Below, piece after piece: positions 54,445 to 64,000 of a stretch of DNA of 64,000 nt. The stretch is from the NCBI RefSeq assembly GCF_009914755.1, contig NC_060939.1. The stretch is one strand, 5' to 3'. This DNA is from the human T2T-CHM13v2.0 reference genome, Homo sapiens. The notes beneath the pieces are model-generated. The model searched no databases. It was not told the origin of the DNA and saw nothing but the letters and a program-made list of their open reading frames with translations. The position numbers and the translations under genes were made by a program. Position 1 is the first letter of the stretch. Every line of letters starts with the position of its first letter.

Positions 54445-56300
54445 ATCAGGCAGCTCTATTGAAAGTCTACCATAGAGAGGAACATAAGCCTTTAGTCAGC
54501 TCCAACTCACCAGCCATATGAATGAGCCACCTTGGAAAAGGAGCCTCCACCCTGGTCAAGCCTGCAGATGACTGCCGCTTGAGTTGATAAATGTCTGCAA
54601 TCTCATGAGACATCCTGAACTAGAACTACCCAGCCAAGCCACTCCTGGATTCCTGACCCACAGAAACGTAAGAGAGAATAAATGATTACTATTGTTTTAA
54701 GTCACTAAGTTTTGGGGTGTTTACTATACAGCAGTAGAAATAGTGCAGATTTAGGTGCCTGGAAATGTGGTGCTGCTGTAAGAAATGTGGGAGTGGCTTT
54801 GGCACTGGATTTGGGCAGAAACTGGGAGGCGAGGGTGCATGATAAGTTAAAGGGACTTCAAGAGACTTCACTTCAAGAGAAGCCTGATGGCTGTGATAAG
54901 GATGCAATAAGAGCTTAAAAGAAAATGAGGAGGGTCAGGTACTCATGCCTGTAATCTCAACACTTTGGGAAGCTAAGCTGGGAGGATCACATGGGGCCTA
55001 GAGTTTAAGACAAGCCTGGACAACATAGTGAGACCCCATCTCTACAACAAATTTTTAAAAAATTAGTGGAGCATGGTGGTGAGCACCTGTAGCCCTAGCT
55101 ACTCAGGAGGCTGAGGCACTTGAGCCCAGGAGTTCAAGGTTACAGTGAGCTATGATCACGCCACTGCATTTCAGCTTGGGTGACAAGTGAGACTCTATCT
55201 CTAAAAAAATAAAAGTAAGAGTAAAACACTTGAGAGAAGAGCTTCTTTGTTATGTAACGGTAAAAAGTTTAGAAATGCTGTCACTTGTGATAACCTGGAA
55301 AATAGCAAGTGGTCCTAATGAACTGGGTTATCCAACAAACAAGAGTTCCAGGCAGTGTTGAAGAAACACAGAGTATCACTTCTGGGCAGTGGTAGGAGTG
55401 AATCCCAATCAAGAAATGATTAACATCTGCTCTGCTGGATTTCAAAATTGCTATGGGCCAGTGACTTCCATATGCCTCTTGCTTTCCCCATTTTTGAATG
55501 AGCAAAGGGAATCTAGAGTAATGCCTGTCCACCATTGGAAGTTGGGTGTGTAGGGGTGCAGATAATGTATCTCTTTAGTTTATAGTTTTAGGATGGAGAG
55601 GAACTATACTCTAGGAGCTGTACTTGAGAAACCGCATCATGGGACCTTCATTTATGCCAGGACATGATTTAAATAATAAGATACTGGACCTCATGCTGAT
55701 GTTGTCATTGAAGGACTTTTTGGGCATGTTGAAAGGCTTGGGAATCAGCTAATTTTAATTTAAGAGAGATGTGAATTACAGAGGGCAAGAAGGCAGACCA
55801 TGACTGCAAGTATCTGAGATGGTCCCCAATGAGCCTGATATCATGGTATCCATTGTCTGTGTAGTTAGTTCCTTCCCACATGATTAGTGCTTTGTGACCA
55901 ATAGAATTCTGTGGAAATGACAGGGTGTGTGACTTCTTAGACCAGGTGATAAAAAGCATCGCAACTTTTGCATTGGTCTCTTGGATTGCTCCCTCTGAGG
56001 GAAGTCAGCTACCATGTCAGGAGGACACTCAGGCAGCCTGTGGAGAGGCCCACATGAGAGGAACTAGGGCCTCCTGCCAATATCCACCACCAACTTGCCA
56101 GCCATGAGAGTGAGCCACCTTGGAAATGGACCTTTCACCTCCTGTCAGGGCTTCAGGGACTGCAGCCCTGGCCAACATCTTGACTGCTACCTTGTGAGAG
56201 ATTCTGATCTAGTGCCTGCATGAGATAATAAGTGATTATTGTTGTTTTGAACCATTATTTTTGGAGGTAATTTGTCATGCAGCAATGGATAACTCATACA
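54445..56300 (+). mobile_element. MLT1F-like MaLR provirus: partial 5' LTR (~54445-54747), internal region, 3' LTR (~55800-56300)
   Basis: Both LTRs share 'ccagccat..tgagccaccttggaaa.gga' and 'aataa.tgatta..ttgtttt'; MLT-int start 'gatttaggtgcctggaaatgtggtgctgctgtaa'. Confidence 0.8.
54933..55213 (+). mobile_element. AluJ inside the MaLR internal region
   Basis: 'cttgagcccaggagttcaaggttacagtgagctatgatc'. Confidence 0.9.
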
Positions 56301-56954
56301 GCCAATCCTCTCTTCTCTGGCCTGCGTTTTCCTGGGTAAACTCTCTTGTTTTTGACCTTATATTCAATTTGTGAGCAGGACCAGGATGAAGATGAGGTGA
56401 GGGGGTGCACAGGGCCTCCTTCAATTTTGTGCCTGAGGTGTCTTGCTTGTTTCACCCTTGCCCCAGTCCTGTGTCTGGTTTCTGCATGGTGTGATAAAAA
56501 GTCAGTCCCTGGTGATCTTGCCCTTAACCTTGCAGCCTGACTACTGCCAGCCCCCTGTGCCTGACTTGGCTTCCTGTGGAGAAGCCTGTGGAGTCAGGTG
56601 GACAAACCCTGTGGTCCTTTAAGACTGCAGGCAAAAAAAGGAGGAATGGGCTGAACACCACCAGTGGGGGCAGTTCTCATAGAATTCTGGAACCCAGCAG
56701 GTCCTTACATTGGCCCTGAGGTGAGTGGAGAGACCTTTAGTGGTGGAGTGCATCAGGTGGTTGTGACACCTTGACCTTAGGGTGCAAACAGGCCTCAGGG
56801 GTTCAGGGCAGTCCCAGAGGGGGCCACGAGAGAATGGCCTTCCTCGAGGTAGAGATTGGAGCCCATGTGGGACATTCATATATAGAAGCAGAAGGAAAAT
56901 AACACTAGTAACACATGGAGTGACTCCTCCAAGCCAGCCATTGGCTTTACCTCA

Positions 56955-57470
<516 letters not shown>

Positions 57471-57475
57471 GTGGG

Positions 57476-57842
57476 CGTCTTAGTCTATTTTCTGCTTCTA
57501 TAACAGAATATCTGAAACCGAGTAATTTACAATGAATAGAAATGTATTTGGCTCATGATTCTAGAGGTTTGGAAGTCCAAGAGAATGGTGCTGACATCTG
57601 GTGAGGGCCATTGTGCTGCGTCATTCCATGGTGAGAGGCAGAAGGGCAAGTGAGCATGTGAACCAGAGAGAGGATGGGGACTGCCCACTCCCATGACAAT
57701 TAACCCACTTCTGCCATAATGGCATTAACCTATTCGTGAGGGCAGGTCCCGAATGACCTAACCACCTCTTAAAAGACCCACCACTTAATATCAGCAATTA
57801 CATTTCAACATGAATTTTGGAGGGGACATTCAAACCATAGCA
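57476..57842 (-). mobile_element. MSTB/MSTC-type solo LTR
   Basis: 'gtcttagtctattttctgcttctataacagaata' to 'ggaggggacattcaaaccatagca'; TSD gtggg/gtgag. Confidence 0.88.
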
Positions 57843-59789
57843 GTGAGACTGTATTATTATTTTTTCCATTTTACATATAAGAAAAACTGAAGTGTCATGA
57901 AAAGTGATGACATTTTCTAATTGCACAGTGACAGCCTTTTTCTTCCTCCTGTTCAGAGGAGAATTATTTCACAATGCTGAGACTCTGTTACCTACCCACC
58001 GTCCCCACCCCGATCACAAGTTCTTGATGGGATTTGGCACTCTGAGATCTTTCTAGACCCCTTCTAGTTATTTTTATAATAAACTTCCAAATGCTTTCTG
58101 TGCTTTGGGTATTGATTGTTTCTGGACAAGTGGCAATCAGATATTTATCCACAGAAACTCCCTGGAGTTTAAGGAAGCCTTTTGTACTGCCAATGTGTTC
58201 ATGTGACTAAAATAGAATAAACTCTTGAGGGTTTCTTTTCATTGCCCGTCTCTGCACTGTCCCTCCTTCACTCCAAACCCTTGCTTACCTTGTGCCCTTG
58301 CCAGAACTTCCCTCTGATCTCATTCTCATTTAGTAATTAATTCACTCAACAAACACTGATGGAGTCCCTGCTGCTTCCCACAATGTGGTGGAAGAGGTTT
58401 TATGATTTATTAGGAGACCACTGGTTTGACAGACAAAAGATTAAGGTCCTGGTTCTGTAAGAGTTCAGACAAGGCCTTTTTTTTTTGGCTCTGGACCTCA
58501 GTTTAGCCTTAACCAAATATGAAGTAAGAAGATAATTGAGAGGATGTAGAAACCATCATCACAAAGTATTGAAACCTAATACAAACAGGACTGAACAATA
58601 AAGAGTGTGGGCCTTGGCACAGTCTGCCCAGGGTGCTGGCTGTACAGTTCTCTTTATCCAGTCCTCCTCTTGGTATCCTTTTGATTTTCAGGGTGGCTTA
58701 TCTCATGATCACAAAAAGGCAGCCAGCAGCATCTGCAATCACACGCTTTACAGCCAGAGCGGGAGAGATGGAGCTACTTCAGGCATTAAGCTCAGTTCCC
58801 AAACTGGTTGCTCTGAGCCAGGTCTATTCCAGTTGAGCCTACGCTGGTTCCAGGGGTTCAGAGCCTGATCTGGAGAGGTTAGCAAATATTTTAACCATCA
58901 CTCTTGGAAAGAGTGTTATTTCTAATAATCATCACACAGAAGTCCAAATTTCAAGCTAATTGGCTTAAGCTGGAGTTACCTGAACAAATCCCATGGCAGG
59001 AGGCTTAGGATTGCCCCACTTGGCTTGGAACTATTAGTCCTACTCCAACAACTGGGGTTGAGGTCAGTTTTACTCAGATTGCATGCTCACTACAGATGGG
59101 TGGGATTGCATACAGGGGTGCAACCAAAATGTGCTCCACTAGCTCTAAGTTCCCTTCTCACTCTTTCTTTGTTTCTACATTTTGAACCCCTGTACACGAC
59201 GTTGCAAAGGATACCCCCATCTTAATATTTTTGTTCCACTCATTTACTTTAGCTTAGTCACACTGGCTGGAGATTCTACCATCAACTTCTAATCTTCCAA
59301 AAATGTTCCTCTAAATCTGAAGGCAAGGAGAAGTGGAAACCGAGATATGGTGCTCTGCTGGTTTGCAGTGTCAGCCCGGGCTAGGCAGGAAGATTTCTGG
59401 GGGCAAAACCTCTGCATCTGCAGGACTTCCCCTTTGCTGGCACTCAGATGGCATTGAATACATGAATTTTCATCAGTTTTTCAAAATATAACAGTAATAT
59501 GTGGAGTGTTAAAAACTCAAAAGGCTATATGAAACATACTTTTCCTCATCTAATACCTCCAGTTCCCAGAGTGAATCACTGTCATCTATTTTTCGTGTAT
59601 TCTCCCATTTGTGTTCTATACGTATACCAAAATATATAAACAGTATTTACACAGGTGTGTGTATATATACAACCAAAGCCACCTTCTTCTATACATAGGG
59701 ATTATAGTACAAATGTTTGTTGAATGAATAAATGAGTGACTAACAGTAACTGGGGGGCTCTGACTGTGAAAGGCTCTCATTTATGCCCC

Positions 59790-60345
59790 CAACGACTGTC
59801 AGTCAGGAAAACAGAGCTCACACAAGTTGTTTGAACAGAGAGATTTTAACGTAGGGAACTGAGTAAACAAGAATTGGAGGCGCAGAAAGACAGAAAGTGG
59901 CCATTGAGGACTTACAGAGATAGTAACTGCCAAAAGGCAGCTATACCTTTAGGACAGAGGAACAAAGAAAGAGATCAGGGTTATTAGAACCTGGAAGCTT
60001 GGAGAAGAAACTGCAGTGCTAGGACCTAAAACTCAGAGAAGCTGGTGCTGGCTGATTGGTGCTGATGTTGCTGGACATGCCAAGGTGGGTTCTGAGGGTG
60101 TGGCAAAAAGCCAGTGAACTGGAATTCACTGCTGGTGGAGTGATGTGGCCAGGAGTAAGCAGCAAATGGGATAGATGGGGTCTCTCCTTCTGCCTCTCTT
60201 TGTCCCTCCAAGAGTCAATGGGAGGGGGCCTAGTAAGGAGAAGCTAGTGAAGGGGAAATGTGGCTTGCAGGATTTCATCTCCAGGAGCACAAAGTAGAGA
60301 ACAGAAGGGTGGATTTGGGGCCGAGGGACAAGAGTTTAATAACCA
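59790..60345. mobile_element. Ancient LTR (LTR78/79-like)
   Basis: 'cagtcaggaaaacagagctcacacaagttgtttgaacagagagattttaa..agggaactg'. Confidence 0.5.
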
Positions 60346-60349
60346 GCGC

Positions 60350-60582
60350 TCCTTGTTCCTGTTCTTTTGGAGCTTTTGTACAAATTAGAAAGAAGTATAC
60401 CCTCTGGGCAGAATTAGCCCTGGGTCAGGGTGCATGGTGTGGTGGGTAGAGAAAGATGCTGCACCATACCTGGGCATAAGGTCGGCAGGAGAATATGGGC
60501 TGGATTTTACCCCCCAACTATCCTTTTCACCAGGTGTATTTGTATAGGGTACAACCTAGTGCAGTCGTATGTAATGGCCCTG
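60350..60582 (-). mobile_element. MER91-like hAT element
   Basis: 'ttttgtacaaattagaaa', 'gggctggatttt', 'gtacaacct..gcagtcgtatg.aatggccctg'. Confidence 0.6.
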
Positions 60583-60631
60583 CATCTGTCCAGCTATAAG
60601 CATTATAGTCCATTTGGTTACATGTGGGCAT

Positions 60632-60654
60632 CACACACACACACAGACACACAG

Positions 60655-60686
<32 letters not shown>
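60632..60686. repeat. (CA)n microsatellite with GA interruptions
   Basis: Read directly. Confidence 0.95.
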
Positions 60687-61064
60687 CATGAAAGCACATT
60701 CTTTTCTTCTTTGGGAGCAGGGGTTTGGGGTGGTATATCAATCAGGAGGCCTCTGTTATCCCTGCTGTATCAACTCACTGGGTATGGGCCCCTTCTCAAC
60801 ATCAGGACCCAGGGTCTAACTTGTACAAATGTGCATCTATAGACAGAGCATTGACAACATACACATAATTTTCTCAGTAAATCTAGGATGAGAAACTGTT
60901 TCTGAGGGGGCTGTGGTGAACAAAGATGGGGAGTTAGGCCTTTTTAGACAGTAGGCGTTCAAGAAGTTTGAAAGGCTATTTCAGAATGCTTCATAACAGA
61001 GTTTTCAAATTGGTTGGGAGTCTGGAAATGACCTGGTAATAACGATTATGGTGATGAGAATAGT

Positions 61065-61459
61065 TGTCTTACACTAGGTTCTCTGGATCCAGACTGAGAC
61101 AGAGGTGGTGTGAGAAGCTGGTAGGTGTTAGTGGGAAATCATCTGCGAGGAGGTGAGGAGGCAGACAGGGCAGAGGAAGAAGCTGAGAGACGTGCAGCTG
61201 CACCAGAGGCCCTGGCTGATCCGGGGACCTCTGGAACAAGGATGGCCCTTTAGGGTAGTCTCCAATTTAGGTAAGAAGCCTGGGCTGTGTGTCTACACAT
61301 CGGCCCTTTATCGGCCATGGCCCCTCTTGGGAGGAGGCATGGCCTCGGAAGGAGAGCAGGTTTCTGATGAGTAATAACTGTGACCTTCCCATCGGCTGGA
61401 GGATTGGGGTCTTGGCTCTGAAGAGGGGATCTGGGCAGCATGCCGCTGCATCCACTACA
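61065..61459 (-). mobile_element. LTR16-family solo LTR
   Basis: TG...CA ends; perfect 5-bp TSD ATAGT (61060-61064 / 61460-61464). Confidence 0.8.
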
Positions 61460-61499
61460 ATAGTGATGAGGGTGTCAATAGCTACCACCAGGCCATCAC

Positions 61500-62180
61500 C
61501 TACACAAAAGCTAGATGTTTTGCCCATAAACCTGGTCCTCTCCAAGTCTCCCCCATCTGAGTGAGTGGTATTAACCTCCAACCCCACTTCTCAAAACAAA
61601 ATCACCAGAGTCTTCCTTGATTCTCCCCTTTTCTCCTCTCACAATCTGTCAGTAGGAATTATTGGTTCTAGCTCCAAAAATACATTCTGAATCTGTCCAC
61701 TCCTCTCCATTTCCATCCCTCCGGCCCAAGCCATTAAGTCCTCCGTTTCCAACTGTAACAGCTTCCTAACACACCTCTTTCTTCCCATCCAGGTTGCCCC
61801 GACGGCCACTCTCCATACTGCTGCCAGAAGAACCTTGAAATATCGCTCTTTTTAATTAAAAAGCAAAACTCTTCAATTGTTTTTGTTGCATTTAAAGTTC
61901 AAACTTCTTACCACGGAGTGAAAGGCCCCACACAATTGGCCCTGTCTTCTTCTCCAACTTCCATTTTTCTTTGGTCCACCGTGTTCTAGCCGCATGGGCC
62001 CTGTCTTGATTCCTTGTACATGTCAAGCTTACTCTTGCTCCAGAGCCTGTGTGGTAGTTGTTCCCTCTGCCTGGAATGGCCTTCCCTAGAACCTGCCTTG
62101 GCTGGTTCTTCTTGCTATTCAAACCTCAGCTCCCACATCACCTCCTGTGTTAGGCCTCCCTGGACCACTCTAATTAAATT
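61500..62180 (+). mobile_element. L2 LINE remnant
   Basis: 'ctgaatctgtccactcctctcc', 'ttgttccctctgcctggaatg', 'cctcagctcccacatcacctcct'. Confidence 0.8.
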
Positions 62181-63452
62181 AGTACTGGAGACATCAGTCC
62201 ACCTGGCTTCAGGGGCCAGGCCTTCCTCTTGCAGCCTAGAGGCTCTTTGCAGACTGCTCAAAGCTCCCTTTGCACAACTCAACCTGGCAGTGGGGCCTTA
62301 CTTTCTATTTTTATGATCTCAGGGATGTCTAGAGACCTCGTTGGCCTGGCTACAGTACATCCTAACCGGGCATTGAGTTGGAGGAACTCAGGAGCTTATA
62401 ATCTGGCCTAGCTCCTCCAAGTTAGTCAGTTACCAAGTGGAGAAGAGAAGCCCTTTACCATTGAATTTTTAATTGTACTGGAAACTGCCTAACCCTTTGG
62501 TAGAACAATAAAGGGAAATTTGGTGACTTGGTCTAGAGGCCTGGGGCAAGTAGCAACAGAGATGAGGTTAGAAAGATTTTTAACATGTGGGCTTTCTTTT
62601 GTCATTAAAAGAGAAAAACAAGCTCTTACAATGTTTGAAGGAAACCGTCATGCAATTTCCAAGTAGTTATTGGATTCTGTCTGTGACCAAGACATTGAAG
62701 GACTTGGGCTGAGCTTTGGGGCCACTGGAGTATGAAGAGGCCCCTTTTGTCATGGAGCTGACTTCTAGGAAGGGAGACAGGGCAGAGGCAAAGGGCGCAG
62801 GGACTACACCATGGAGTGCCATGCTGCATCAGGCACTGTGTTTGGGTTTCCATACACACAGAGCAATTAACACACAGCAGGCTGTGTGTACCTGGACCCA
62901 AGGGGCTGGCCAGGCAGAGAGGTCTGGGACTGCCCAGGAAGGGGAGCAGGTGATGTCTGAGGAGCAGAGGGGATGAGAAAAGGCTTCCTGCAGGAGATGG
63001 ACTTGGAACTGGCTCCAGGTGCACCGTGGGCTCTGAACACACACTACTGAAATAATGGGCCATGAAATTCATTCCTCCAGCACTATTCTGCTTCTCTGTC
63101 ACTTCTCCTTTCCCCATCATTTCCTTCCCCGGCTGGAGAGCACTCAGGAATGCCTTGCTGTGCCCAGTCAGGCCTCTGGAGTCCACCCTACCTAGCTGAT
63201 GTATTATTATCACCAGCAAACACACACCAGAGGCTGTATCTTGGCTGGGAAGCACATTAGCACCTTGGAAGCCCTTCTTGGAAAAAGTAAACGATTGGCA
63301 TTTGAGCCTCCTCATTGATTCCTTTGGATGAGGCAGAAAACCGCTGCCCAGAAGGATGAAGGGGTGAAGTGGAAAAACATGGGCTGGCTTCAAAGTGGAG
63401 CACAGGAGGCTAGGAATAGTTCTGCTTTGTGAACAAAGTCGTGCAAAAGGCA

Positions 63453-63510
63453 GAGAGAGAGAGAGAGAGAGACAAAGATAGAGAGCGCAGGAGAGCGAGG
63501 AGGGAGGGAG
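63453..63510. repeat. (GA)n / purine-rich simple repeat
   Basis: Read directly. Confidence 0.85.
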
Positions 63511-64000
63511 TCAGCTTTGGCTAATTTGAATTTTGAATTGCCTTGAAAATCACCGTGCAGCAGTATCCAATTCTGCCTTTGATGGTCGAAAGAAACCAGC
63601 TGCTTTTATTCCTCTTCAGGTCTTGTTTTCCCCCCAGCAGTGAAGCAAATTAAGCAAAGAAACAGTGAAAGTTGTAGTTGGTATAATATCTCAGGCCAAG
63701 GTCAGGCTAATTGTTGGTGGGAGGGGCGGTAGAGACAAGGGACACACTCTAGGTGTTGATATTTCTCACTCCTGCTCCATTCTGCTCCCCATAATGTCAC
63801 TTTGGCATTTCCAAACACGACCACCTTGGCAGGCTTTCTTTACAAACTAAGGCCCTTGTTCTAACCACCAGCATTCCTATACTATGCCATGCATTCGGGC
63901 AGGTAAGATATGGTCCCTTTGCCCAAGTCGGGCTAAAGGAGTGGCAAACCTTGAAACACACCCCAAGATATCCCATAATGCTGTTCTTAATTTGCAACAT

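Noticed and set aside
62626-63393. Longest ORF (255 aa, minus strand)
   Set aside because: No recognisable domain, non-ATG start, composition typical of random GC-rich frames

Overview
This is primate, almost certainly human, non-coding genomic DNA, either intergenic or deep intronic. I see no supportable protein-coding gene, RNA gene or CRISPR array. Nearly all ORF-track entries are chance or repeat-derived; the only recognisable protein is broken Tigger1 transposase. Much of the window is interspersed repeat: about 14 Alu/FLAM elements (many with readable target-site duplications, TSDs), a near-full-length ancient L1 (4.5-12.1 kb), a near-full-length Tigger1, a two-LTR MaLR provirus, solo LTRs, hAT MITEs, and many L2/MIR relics. 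Features not explained by ordinary repeats are: (i) three independent short local duplications (tandem at 20.7-21.6 kb, dispersed direct at 26.0/28.9 kb, and inverted with an 8-bp TSD at 37.7/38.7 kb); (ii) an Alu tail expanded into (AAAGG)~26(AAAG)16; and (iii) repeat-free, motif-dense blocks resembling developmental enhancers, best at 30.7-31.6 kb. I did not find a convincing new biological system. Repeat subfamily names come from recalled consensus sequences, not from a database search, and the boundaries of old elements are approximate.
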